Shown here one piece after another: positions 42,006-54,550 of a stretch of 64,000 nt of DNA. The first letter of the stretch is position 1, and each line of letters begins with the position of its first letter. Position numbers and translations under genes: made by a program. Under the pieces are notes generated by a model. That model ran no database searches. It had not been told where the DNA came from and worked only from the letters and a program-made list of their open reading frames with translations. Source of the stretch: Calditrichia bacterium (lineage in GTDB: Bacteria; Calditrichota; Calditrichia; JAJRVZ01); the NCBI GenBank assembly GCA_963796965.1, contig CAWCNS010000004.1:736001-800000 (forward strand). The letters run 5' to 3'.

Positions 42006-43556
42006 TTATAATTCTACAATCCAAATATTTCTATACTGAACGAGATCACCATGATCCTGAAGTTTAATAGGGCCAGGAAGATTTAATTCATCATTGCTGG
42101 CGCCACCTGTTGTACCTGGTATCTCAATATTGTCATGGATAGGCACACCATTATGAATGACGGTTATGCGTACATTTTCTATAAGATTACCTTGTTTGTT
42201 GAAACGCGGTGCCTGAAAAGTGATATCATATGATTGCCATTGCATTGGAGGGGCACACATATTCACTAAAGGCTTTGCTACTTTATAAATGCCACCACAT
42301 TCATTATCTTCACCGGATAGTCCATAGCTGTCTAATACCTGGACTTCATATCTGCCCTGGTTATAAATGCCACTATTACCCCTCGCCTGTCCCGTTGCAT
42401 TAGGCATATAAGGCGAGCGAAACTCGATATGCAACTGGTAATCTTTGAATTTCTTTTTGGTAACCAAAGATCCAATACCCGGCAATACTTCCATGATGCC
42501 ATCTTTGACAGACCAGCGCGCTGAATAATCCACGTCTGTTAAATCTACTTCCGACCATAAATCTTCATTGTCCGGATTCTTTTCCGGATCAAAAACGTTT
42601 TCTGATACACCCTTTGCATCCACACCTTTTAGAGCATAGGGCCCGGCGACGAGCCATTGGGTTAGAAAATAGTCATTTTTAATTAAATGCTGACTACTTT
42701 TGCCAGTCGTTGATTGATTGTCTTTTTCCAATATATTGGAAAGTGGTTGTCCACTATTATCTATCAGCCTGGCAAAGGTCCCCCAAGCACCACCTTCATT
42801 GGTAATTTTTAACATCACTTTATTCCAACCCTGATTCAGAATGACATCAGCTTTTTCCTGGCCAGGAGATGCGCCTCTTGATATAAAATGAGATACGACT
42901 TGTTTATCGTTAAACCAGGCTTTGATGGCATCATTACTGCCAAGTGAGAGAAGGGCAGGTTGTTTATCATTTGACCATATTTCAGCTTTCATATATATAG
43001 TTGAATGTTGTTTAGCGCCAAAATGTCTGGCCAGATTTATATAACCGACCGGATCATGTTCATGCTCCCAGTTTTCCAGGTTGGTTCCATCAAAAAGAAC
43101 GAGCGCGTTTTTAGGAGGAATTTTTGCCAGAGACGGCGAAAGCCTCACGACTTTTTTCATCTCAAAGGTTCCCTCTTCTGTTCCGGAAAACTTACCTTTA
43201 AACGTTTCCATCTCCAACTGGCCACTCCATTTAACACCACCATTGGTTCCGGAGACGTTGATCTGATAATCCTTCTTGATTCCGTCAAGTTTAGCTATGA
43301 GTGGTTCCCTGGTATCAAATTTTTCCATGATGTTGATGGCGTAGGTACCATCTCGGTAACCCACAACCTGGGCGACGATTGGCTTCTCACCAGCAGAAGA
43401 TTTACGTATTCCCTGCCAGTCCCCCATTAAGGGATCAATGGGAAAAACCTTTTTCTCGTCATTTACCTCATCTGCAACTTTTTCTGGGGTGCAGGCAGAG
43501 AACTGTAAGATTGAGAGCATAGTTGTTAATAAAATCACACTATAAATAAATTTCAT
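42006..43556 (-). CDS. DUF1080 lipoprotein with an inserted beta-sandwich module
   Basis: QFSAC lipobox; LFDGTNLENW, then a ~184-aa insert, then WSVKDG...RGNSGIY...YEVQVLDS...LQDHG...YRNIW. Confidence 0.85.
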   Translation of the reverse strand: MKFIYSVILLTTMLSILQFSACTPEKVADEVNDEKKVFPIDPLMGDWQGIRKSSAGEKPIVAQVVGYRDGTYAINIMEKFDTREPLIAKLDGIKKDYQINVSGTNGGVKWSGQLEMETFKGKFSGTEEGTFEMKKVVRLSPSLAKIPPKNALVLFDGTNLENWEHEHDPVGYINLARHFGAKQHSTIYMKAEIWSNDKQPALLSLGSNDAIKAWFNDKQVVSHFISRGASPGQEKADVILNQGWNKVMLKITNEGGAWGTFARLIDNSGQPLSNILEKDNQSTTGKSSQHLIKNDYFLTQWLVAGPYALKGVDAKGVSENVFDPEKNPDNEDLWSEVDLTDVDYSARWSVKDGIMEVLPGIGSLVTKKKFKDYQLHIEFRSPYMPNATGQARGNSGIYNQGRYEVQVLDSYGLSGEDNECGGIYKVAKPLVNMCAPPMQWQSYDITFQAPRFNKQGNLIENVRITVIHNGVPIHDNIEIPGTTGGASNDELNLPGPIKLQDHGDLVQYRNIWIVEL

Positions 43557-43733
43557 GATTGTCCCTATTGGTTTATTACATTGACGATACTGAGCTTCTG
43601 GATACTCGATTCTCGATATTTGAATCATATCAAGTCCTGAAACAGGTTAATAAAAGTATCCAGTTGCTGTCGTAATATCTCAGAAAAAGCACTTGACAAT
43701 CTTTTTATTCCTGAGATATTTTCCCGTATCCTA

Positions 43734-46700
43734 CTACTTCCCTAATTCAACTTTCAAGCCTTCCAGTTTGCCACCCTCTACAGTTCTGAACCGGGCACAA
43801 CCTCCCCAGGCTCCTCCGGCATTTGTAATTTTGATTAAAACTGTATTGTTGCCTTTTTTCAGTCTTACATTAATTTTATCTTCACCAGGGGTTATACCCC
43901 TGGCCGCATTATTGGCATGAACAAGTTCTCCATTAAGCCATACCTTAACACCATCATTACTGCCGACCTGCATCTGAACGTCCTGGTTCTTATCAGAAAT
44001 CACTACATTTCGTAAATAGGCAACAGGTCCAAAACTGCCCAAAACGACACCAAGATCAATATTCCAGTAGTTCTTCTTGTCACTGTTTTCAGTTACTTTC
44101 TTCCATTCAACAGCTTTCCCCGATTCCGGTGGAAAAACGAAGGCAAAAATATCGGATTCCTGATTCTGATAGGGCCCGGCAACCTCCCATGTTGTAATAA
44201 AATCTTCAAATTTCTCGAGCTCATTTAAGATATTACGGCAATTTTTCTTCAACTCTTCACTATTTATAATTGATAGTGATTTGTACATGATGTCTTTTTT
44301 TGATTGGATATTCTTGCCATCTTTTATTAATCCTCCTGCGATTTTAGTTAAGCTGGCGGCAGCCTCTTGTTGCAGGGTTTTATCATCAATATAGGCTTCG
44401 ACAAACTCAAAGGCGTCAATTGAGATAATTGTTGAAAGACCAGAAAGTACTGCCCGCTTTTCATCTGTATTTGTGGCCAGTTCCATGGCTACTTGGTACA
44501 TCGCCAGAATTTCTTTACTCGATTTATCTTTTTCAAATGAAATGAGTCTTACATAGCCACGCAGGGCAAGAATCTTTGATTTTTCATCTGAGGAGGTTTT
44601 AGCCGCGCCAAGCAGATCATTTAATGGTTTGCTGTCCGGCCAATTAGAAAGTGAGCGAATGGCTGCGGTTTTTATTTCTGGGTTCTTGTCATTAAGAGAG
44701 GTCCTGATAATGGGCAATGATGCAGGATCACCAATTTTTCCAAGCACCTCTAAAAGTGACACCTTGGTCTTCGCATCTTTGGTTGCTTTATATTTCTCAT
44801 TAATTAAGGCGGCTTTCGATTCACCTTCTGGTACTTTTAAAGCAATGGCTGTCACTACTCTCTCAAGTTCCTTGCGTTCTTGCTCTGATTTTGGTTTAGC
44901 AAGATTTTCTAATGCCTCATTCATATAAGCGGGTGTTGCAACGGCTCTAAGAGATCTAAGTGACGCCATTCTCACTTTAGAATCTTTATCCTCGAGTGAT
45001 TTAAAAAGGATGGGAATTCCTGAAGTCATTTGTCTTTCACCGATGGCCACAAGATATTCAGTTTTTAAAATGGGTGTAGCAGATGCCGCATTATTGATAA
45101 TTGTTTTATCAATGCCCGGACCATTGACACGGTAGAGGGCGGTTCGTGCCGTCTGCTTAATGGTCCCTTTGCTTGAAGCCTGCAACTTCAGCAAACAATG
45201 CAACTGATTCTGCATTCTTACTCATAGACAAAGATTTAAGCGCTGCAATTTGTACAGCTTCATTATCACTTTTAACTTGCGTCATCATTGCTTTAACAAC
45301 CGATGGCTCTGTGCGTCCGGCGAGTGCCGAAAGTAGTTGGACTTGACCATCAGCAGATAATTCTGGTAAGAGTCTGGCAATGGCAGTTACATCCTTTTCA
45401 GGTGGAATTACACGAACGAGTTGAATCGCATTTGTCTGTTTACTCTTATTTTCACTTCTAATACCATCCAGTATTAAGACTGAGACATCTTCTTTTGTGG
45501 TCAGGATCATGCCTCTGAGAGCAGCATATTGAATCTGTTTTGCTTCAAAAGGATTATTTAGTGCAGAATATATCTTATTTGCCTTATCTGTCATTCCACT
45601 CTCCATAAATCCAGTTGCTACCAAAAGGTAAGCATCGGCTATTTGAAGATTGGCTTTGTCCCTGGCATGTGCACTTGAAAGTGCTTTAGCTGCATCATCA
45701 CCACCAATTAAACCGATTGAATGGATCGCAGCTGAGGATATCTCCGGATTTTTATCATTTATAAGCGGAATTAACTCGGCGAGCGCTTCTTTATCCTGCC
45801 GATTTCCAAGTGTATTGATAATTCCAACCTTTGTTTTACCCTCTGCATCATCAAGCAGATCTTGTAATTTTTCACTAATCTCTTTTGCAGGGATTCGCTC
45901 TAATGCGTATAAAGCCATCTCGTACGTTTCAGGAGATTCCACCATTTCTATAAGGACAGGAACAGATTTTGAAGTCCCATAGATGCTCAAAACGTGACAG
46001 ATGTATTGTTTTCCTGCCAGAGTAGCATCCCCTTGCAGAAATTCAATCATCATCGTTTCGGTTTTGTTACTTAAAGATTTAGAAGCGGAAGTCAATCGAA
46101 GCAAGGCTGATAAATCCCTCTGTGGTTCGAGTGACTGACCGTATTCATAAGTAGAGATAGACTTTTAATAGTTCAGTAACAACACCCAAGTCTGCTACTT
46201 TTTCTATGTTAAAAGGGACAGGCGTTGCATCAGCCTTCAGATCACCTAGAGCGTACTGAATACCGGCCAAATAATGTTCCAGTATATTTTTATTCCAAAA
46301 AATATCATGATTATGGCCAAAAGAGCAGTAAAAAACCCGACCTTTACCCATCGTACGTATCCAGCTAATCGGAATATCAAGATCTGTGACGGTCACGCCT
46401 TTAGCATTTAGATTTGTTTTATCTTTCATGTCTAAACTAACCAGGATTCGACTGGTTTCTCTCAACCGTCGCGGGTTAACCCGGTAGATCTCATCAGAGA
46501 CAGAAAAATCTTTACCCTCAAAGGATTTGGTAATCGGGCTTTTGGCATCTTCGATCATTATCCGCCAGGTACCGCTGGAACCCCAGGGATGTCCTGCAAA
46601 TACCCCGCCCATCATTTCCGCCGCCTCGGGCCAGTTATAGAAATTATCCGTAGCGGCATGTATTCCAATCACGCCCTTACCACCTTTAATAAAATCCATT

Positions 46701-47077
46701 AGACTTTTTCTCATGGCCGGATCATCAAAGGTTAGTTGGGTCGTATTATTAAAACAGACGGCATCGAACTGATTTAATTGGTCAGGTAGAAAAATGGACA
46801 TATCTTCGCTGTATACCGTTTCGAATGCACCTGTCTTTTTACCCATAATTTCCATCATTTTGGCTGTATAGGGAATAGAGCTGTGCTGGTATCCCATACT
46901 CAGGGAGAAAACCAACACCTTCCTTGCCTTTTTTGCTTTCACCGGTGCCTTTGATGGCATAGCGTTCTCAATTTTATCAATTTCCTGCTCGGTTACCTGG
47001 GCAAATAGGTTGTTACCAAGAAAAATAATCCCGACAACAAGCAGAATTGAAATAATACTCATTTTAAGATTTAACAT
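43734..47077 (-). CDS. Secreted ThuA-like + HEAT repeat + C-terminal beta-sandwich protein (one gene split by +1 indels near 46165 and 45180)
   Basis: Removing one base at each junction reads ...LKSISTYEYGQS... and ...EVAASSKGTIKQ...; ThuA motifs GIHAATD, GHP, DEIY and GRVFYCSFGH. Confidence 0.8.
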
Positions 47078-47130
47078 TATAATATTCCTTTATTTATAGA
47101 TGAATCAATTTTGATTGTTGATACGTGTTT

Positions 47131-48669
<1,539 letters not shown>

Positions 48670-48812
48670 TGTTGTCTTAATCCTTTCAAAGAACCCCACG
48701 CAAAGTCGCGGAGACGCAAAGACCAATATAATAAATGTTAGAAAATCTTTGCGACTTAGCGGCTTTGCGAGAGATATATCATTCGTTATTCAAAAACCCT
48801 GAGTGTAAAATT

Positions 48813-49808
48813 TTATTTATTGTCAAACGCTGCGTCAAATGCCAAGTCTGATGGTTGAAAATCGACATCTTTTACAAAATCACATGCTTCTTTGGCGCCG
48901 CGTTCACGTTCCATACCGCTATCTTCCCATTCTACGGATAGAGGACCGGTATATCCAATATGATTAAGTGCTCTGATGATCTCTTCAAAATCAACACCAC
49001 CTCTTCCTAATGAGCGGAAATCCCAACCCCTGTTTTTGTGACCAAAATCCAGGTGAGAAGTTAAGATGCCGGAATAACCATCAAGTTGAATGGCAGCATC
49101 TTTCATATGCACATGATAAATTCGATCGGAGAATTCATTTATAAAAAATACGGGATCAACCATTTGCCAGTGCAAATGGCTGGGATCAAAGTTAAACCCG
49201 AATGTCTTACGATGGTTTATTGCTTCCAAAGCACGTTTGGCTGTAACTATATCGAAAGCTATCTCAGTTGGATGTACTTCAAGGGCAAACTTAACACCGC
49301 ATTCATCAAAAACATCAAGAATAGGATTCCACATCTCTGCGAAATAAGTAAATCCTTCATCAATCAGCTCTGCCGATGCTGGAGGAAAACTGTAAAACAT
49401 ATGCCAAATTGATGAACCAGTGAAGCCATTAACCACTTTCAGACCCAAGTTCTTTGCTGCCCGGGCGGAGTTTTTCATTGACTCAACAGCCCACTCGCGT
49501 TTTTTTTCTGCATCGCCGGCGCAGTCTGACGGAGCAAATCCATCCGATCGACTATCATTGTTTGGATCACAAACCAGCTGTCCGGCCAGATGATTGCTTA
49601 TGGAAAATATCTGTAAATTATTCTTTTTAAGAATGTTGAGTTGTTTGTCACAGTAAGCCTGGTCTTTGGCTGCCCGATCAACATCCATATGATCGCCCCA
49701 GCAAGCTAATTCTAATCCATCATATCCCCATTCGGCTACTTTCTTCGCCAGGGTTTCTAAGGGTAAATCTGCCCATTGTGCAGTACATAAGGTTACCGGC
49801 CTTCCCAT
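48813..49808 (-). CDS. Cytoplasmic sugar-phosphate isomerase/epimerase (IolE-like TIM barrel)
   Basis: RPVTLCTAQWADL, LEVHPTEIAFD, NFDPSH, HVHMKD and SVEWED; no signal peptide. Confidence 0.9.
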   Translation of the reverse strand: MGRPVTLCTAQWADLPLETLAKKVAEWGYDGLELACWGDHMDVDRAAKDQAYCDKQLNILKKNNLQIFSISNHLAGQLVCDPNNDSRSDGFAPSDCAGDAEKKREWAVESMKNSARAAKNLGLKVVNGFTGSSIWHMFYSFPPASAELIDEGFTYFAEMWNPILDVFDECGVKFALEVHPTEIAFDIVTAKRALEAINHRKTFGFNFDPSHLHWQMVDPVFFINEFSDRIYHVHMKDAAIQLDGYSGILTSHLDFGHKNRGWDFRSLGRGGVDFEEIIRALNHIGYTGPLSVEWEDSGMERERGAKEACDFVKDVDFQPSDLAFDAAFDNK

Positions 49809-50029
49809 TTTATTCTCCTTTTATCGTTTGAATTTTTTTTCTTTAACACAAAGAACACAAAGTAGGCACAAAGGTCACAAAGTAAAAACAACTAATAATT
49901 ATGAATTTAGAATTAAGAATGTGAGTAGAAAGTAGTGATAGTATTTTTTATATCAATGTTCTAAATCCTAAAATGTTTTAAGTTTTCTGTGCACTCTGAG
50001 TTTCCTTTGTGTACTTTGTGTTTAGTCTT

Positions 50030-51202
50030 TTAGTATTCGACCTTAAACCATTTCTGGTTGCTGGCAGAGCTTTTACAACCGTATCGATAAACACCATTCC
50101 ACGGACACCGTCATCGACATTAGGGAAATCCAACATCAATTCATCCGGTATTTGACCATTTAATTTGGCAATTACCGTATCGGCGAAATTTTTATAAATA
50201 TTCCCTACTGCTTCCAGGAAGGCTTCCGGATGTCCTGAAGGTGTGCGTGTGGCGCGTCCGGCAGCGGTACTTTTTTCACCTACATAATCATTGCCTCGTT
50301 TCCAGACCTTTGTAGGTTGATTTAATCCTTCCACATACAAGTAGTTGGGGTGTTCCGCATGCCATTCAAGTGATTTTTCTGTCCCGTATACCCAGATAGC
50401 TGATATTGTTTTCTTCACCGATTGAAATTTGGCTGGCATGGAGAACACCTTTAGCCCCGTTATTAAAACGAAGCAGACAATTTCCGTCATCATCAAGCCG
50501 CCGGCCTTCTACAAATACAGTCAGATCGGCACAGATTTCTGTGATACGTAAATCTGTGAAATATTCAGCGAGATTTGCGGCATGGGTACCAATGTCACCC
50601 ATACATCCGGCTGCGCCACTCTGTTTCGGATCAGTGCGCCAGGCTGCCTGTTGTTGTCCCGTCTCTTCAATAGGGGTGGCCAACCAGCCTTGTGGATATT
50701 GCACGACAATTTTACGAATTTTTCCAAGGTCACCTTGTTTTATCATGTCTTTGGCTAATTTTGCCATTGGATAACCGGTATAGGTATGCATCAAGCCAAA
50801 TACACAACCCGTTTTTTCAACGATCTTTTTTAATTCCCGGGCCTCTTCTACCGAGACAGTCATTGGTTTTTCACACATGACATGAAATCCCGCTTCCATA
50901 AAATCCCGGGCCATGGGAAAATGCCAGTTGTTAGGCGTGGTGATAGAAACAAAGTCAATCCGTTCGCCTTCGGGTAGTTTTAGTTCACCCCTAATCATAT
51001 CTTCGTAGGTGTTATAGGCTCTATCAGGTGGCAGATGTAATTCTTCACCCATTTGTTTTGATTTAGCCGGATCAATATCGAAAGCACCCGCGACAACTTG
51101 GATAGCGCCATCTAAGCGTGCGGCTTTACGATGAACCTCACCGATAAATGCGCCGGGCCCGCCGCCTATCATTCCCATATTTAATTTTCTGTTTAAACCC
51201 AT
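50030..51202 (-). CDS. Cytoplasmic Gfo/Idh/MocA oxidoreductase (indels near 50400 and 50072)
   Basis: GMIGGGPGAFIGEVHR, CEKPM, GDIGTHA and PSGHPEAFLEA; the repaired end reads VVKSSASNQKWFKVEY*. Confidence 0.85.
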
Positions 51203-51255
51203 TGATTCCTCCTATGATCGCGATACTATTTTTATAAAATTATCATTTATATAGT

Positions 51256-51271
51256 GGTAAAACGTTTGTCC
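51256..51271. promoter_or_regulatory. Candidate LacI-family operator
   Basis: GGTAAAACGTTTGTCC, an imperfect palindrome with an AAACGTTT centre, about 54 bp upstream of the first gene of the large cluster. Confidence 0.35.
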
Positions 51272-52032
51272 AATAAAAAAAATGACAAATGACCAATCTC
51301 AATTGCCAAAATAAATGCCAATGATTCAATTTTATTATATTCAGTTGGCTTGGGATTTGGCATTTATTTGGTATTCGGACTTTGGCATTTGATCTTAATG
51401 TACTAAAGGATCCACTGGCATAATCTATTTGGATAGATAATGGAATTTTCAGCTAATTTTGGAACAAATTCGGCTGATCAGGTAATCCTAAAGTATAATC
51501 CAAAAATCGTTAATGTGCAATATGTCAGTAGTAATAATTTGGGTGTTTGTTGGATTGCGTGATAGTAGTAATGATTGAGGTAGTAAATTGTAATTTGAAA
51601 TTTGGGATTTGGAATTGGGGATTGGACATTCGATCATGTTGGATATTGGATATCTGGTAGTTGATGCGGGATTTGGGATAGGAGATTTGGCGTTGCAATG
51701 CGAGTAGCGGCAAGATTAATCGCACCGTTACAAAAAGATGTGTTGGAAGAATATTCTGTTCCCACGTTTCACATCTGACATCTGACGTTTGACATTTTAC
51801 ATGAAAATTGAAAAATCCCCTTGCGTTTCTAAAATTGGGGAGGGGGGTGGACCTACCTCACAAGGGGATTTTGGCGGGCTGTATATTTCTTATAACTACA
51901 TACATATTTTCCCTCAAAAAGTTGTATAATACCTAAAAATATAAAAAATTAATATTTTAGATACTTTTCTAAAAGTTAAATATATTTAGTATCAATGATG
52001 AAAAATATAAAATCGATAAAAAGGGAGAATCT

Positions 52033-52362
52033 ATGTCATATTATAGAATAAGTGATACTATCCCCCTCGAATCCATGGCCCCGGGTATTAAGCGTAAAGT
52101 ATTGGCCTATCAGGATAATCTGATGCTTGTAAAAGTGTTCTTCGAAGAGGGAAGTGTGGCGGATATGCATAGCCATCCTCATCAGCAGGTTGGTTATATC
52201 GTAGAGGGAAAGTTTGAGTTTGATATTAGTGGAGATAAGGAATGCTTATCTGCCGGAGATAGTTTTGTTGTTCCGCCCAACGTAATGCATGGTGCAACTT
52301 GTCTCGAAAAGGGAATTGTTATAGATTCGTTCTCACCCATGCGTGAAGATTTTTTAAAATAG
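52033..52362 (+). CDS. KdgF-like cupin
   Basis: GIKRKVLAY...LMLV, HSHPHQQ and HGATCLE...DSFSPMREDF; first gene of the kdg operon. Confidence 0.8.
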   Translation: MSYYRISDTIPLESMAPGIKRKVLAYQDNLMLVKVFFEEGSVADMHSHPHQQVGYIVEGKFEFDISGDKECLSAGDSFVVPPNVMHGATCLEKGIVIDSFSPMREDFLK

Positions 52363-52465
52363 GTTAAATTCAATAAAAATATATCTATTAATATCTAATA
52401 TGCTAAATTTATTATATCCTATTGATAAATAGGTTAAAAGTAATAACTCTGGAGATATACGTGTA

Positions 52466-53567
52466 ATGGCAGCTTTAACGATTAAACCAAAATCTGAATG
52501 TAAATACGATATCCTGTCCATGGGCGAAATCATGATTCGTCTGGATCCCGGAGAAGGGAGGATTCACACTACCCGGTCTTTTAATGTTTGGGAAGGCGGT
52601 GGTGAATACAATGTGGCCCGCGGTTTAAAAAGATGCTTTAAGAAGGATGCAGCAGTGGTCACGGCTATTGTTGATAATCCAATTGGCAGATTGTTGGAAG
52701 ATCTCATCTTTCAGGGTGGCGTGAATACAGAATATATCCGTTGGGTACCCTTTGACGGAATCGGTCAGAAAACCCGTGTAGGTCTCAATTTTACTGAAAA
52801 AGGGTATGGGGTGCGAGCGGCATTGGGCTGTTCTGACCGTGCGCATACGGCTGCCTCGCAATTAAAGAAAGGTGAGATCGATTGGGAAAAGATATTTGCT
52901 GAAGATGGTGTACGCTGGTTCCATACCGGTGGCATCTTCGCAGCATTATCGCAGACCACACCTGGGGTTATCATAGAAGCCTGTAAAATGGCAAAAAAAT
53001 ATGGTACCATCATTTCTTATGACCTGAACTACCGTCCTTCGTTGTGGAAAGATAGTGGCGGACAGGAGAAAGCGCAGGAAGTTAACAAGGAAATCGCTCA
53101 ATATATTGATGTGATGCTTGGAAATGAGGAAGACTTTACTGCCAGCCTTGGTCTTAAAGTAGAAGGATTAGATGAAAAGATCTCAAAACTAAATCCTGCT
53201 AATTTTAAAAAGATGATTGAAAATGCTGTCGAAACATATCCCAATTTTAAGGCTGTTGCCACGACGCTTCGAAATGCAAAAACAGCAACTAAAAATGATT
53301 GGGGAGCAATTTTATATACCGGAGGTAAATTTTACGATGCCATGCTTGCGAGAAGATCTGGAAATCTATGACCGGGTTGGTGGTGGCGATTCTTTTGCAT
53401 CCGGTCTGATATTTGGTTTAATGGAGGGGAAGGATCCCGAAGAGGCAGTAAACTATGGTGCTGCCCATGGTGCGTTGGCCATGAGCACGCCCGGCGATAC
53501 AACCATGGCCAGCTTGAAAGAGGTTGAAAAGGTGATGCAGGGCAGTGGTGCACGGGTTGATCGTTAA
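52466..53567 (+). CDS. kdgK: 2-keto-3-deoxygluconate kinase, PfkB family (one frameshift near 53345)
   Basis: GEIMIRLDP, GGGEYNVA, SYDLNYRPSLW, GNEED and DRVGGGDSF; adjacent to eda. Confidence 0.85.
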
Positions 53568-53643
53568 ATGAGTTAAATTTATTATCGTCTGCTTTAAGAC
53601 GAACAAATAAGAAACTTCCACAAATTCCACGAATTAATTTATT

Positions 53644-53773
53644 GAGACTTCTGAAAAATGATTATTTTTACCTGAACGTCATTCTGAACTTGTTTCAGAA
53701 TCCCTTTAAATAGACCCTGAAATAAATTCAGGGTGACGAAAATCAAGTATTTATTACATTTTTCAGAAGTCTC
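53644..53773. mobile_element. 130-bp MITE-like element with perfect 17-bp TIRs and TTATT flanks
   Basis: GAGACTTCTGAAAAATG (53644-53660) and CATTTTTCAGAAGTCTC (53757-53773); TTATT on both sides; contains a GTCATTCTGAA REP. Confidence 0.7.
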
Positions 53774-53853
53774 TTATTATAAATAATAAAATCTATTTAA
53801 TTTGTGAAATTCGTTAAAATTAGTGCAATTCGTGGATACAATAAGAGAAAAAA

Positions 53854-54492
53854 ATGAATAGTGTATATGAGAAAATAAAAAGTCACCGGGTGGTGCCGGT
53901 TATTGCTATCGAAAACCTGGAAGACGCAGTTCCTCTGGCCGATGCTTTAATTGAAGGTGGACTGCCCCTAATCGAAATTACGTTTCGTACATCTGTAGCA
54001 GCGCAAGTTATTTCTATACTTAATAGCGAAAAACCTGGTATATTATTAGGGGCTGGAACTATCCTTACCGCGGATGAATTAAAAGCAGCCGTAGATAATG
54101 GTGCTTCCTTCGGTGTCGCCCCCGGTCTGAATCCTAAAATTGTGGAAGAAGCATTAAAAAATAATTTTCCGTTTATGCCTGGTGTTATGACACCCACTGA
54201 TCTGGAAATGGGACTTTCATTGGGTCTGAGAAATTTTAAATTCTTTCCCGCAGGGGCAGCGGGGGGTGTGTCTTACCTTTCCAGTTTGTCTGCACCTTAT
54301 TCCCACAAAGGCATTCAGTTTGTACCAACCGGTGGTGTAAATACGGGTAATTTAGCAGAGTATTTAGATCTTAGTGCAGTAATGGCAGTTGGAGGAACCT
54401 GGATTGCAAAATCGACTGATATTAAATCTGGCAATTGGGAAAAGATAACTGCGAATTGCCGGGAAGTACATTCATTATTATTGTCAGATTGA
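53854..54492 (+). CDS. eda: KDPG/KHG aldolase
   Basis: IEITFRT, GAGT, PGVMTPT, KFFPA and PTGGV. Confidence 0.95.
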   Translation: MNSVYEKIKSHRVVPVIAIENLEDAVPLADALIEGGLPLIEITFRTSVAAQVISILNSEKPGILLGAGTILTADELKAAVDNGASFGVAPGLNPKIVEEALKNNFPFMPGVMTPTDLEMGLSLGLRNFKFFPAGAAGGVSYLSSLSAPYSHKGIQFVPTGGVNTGNLAEYLDLSAVMAVGGTWIAKSTDIKSGNWEKITANCREVHSLLLSD

Positions 54493-54550
54493 TTTCTCTG
54501 GCAAGGATGCAAAGAGAATCAATCAAAGAAAAATTTTAAAGGATTTAATA

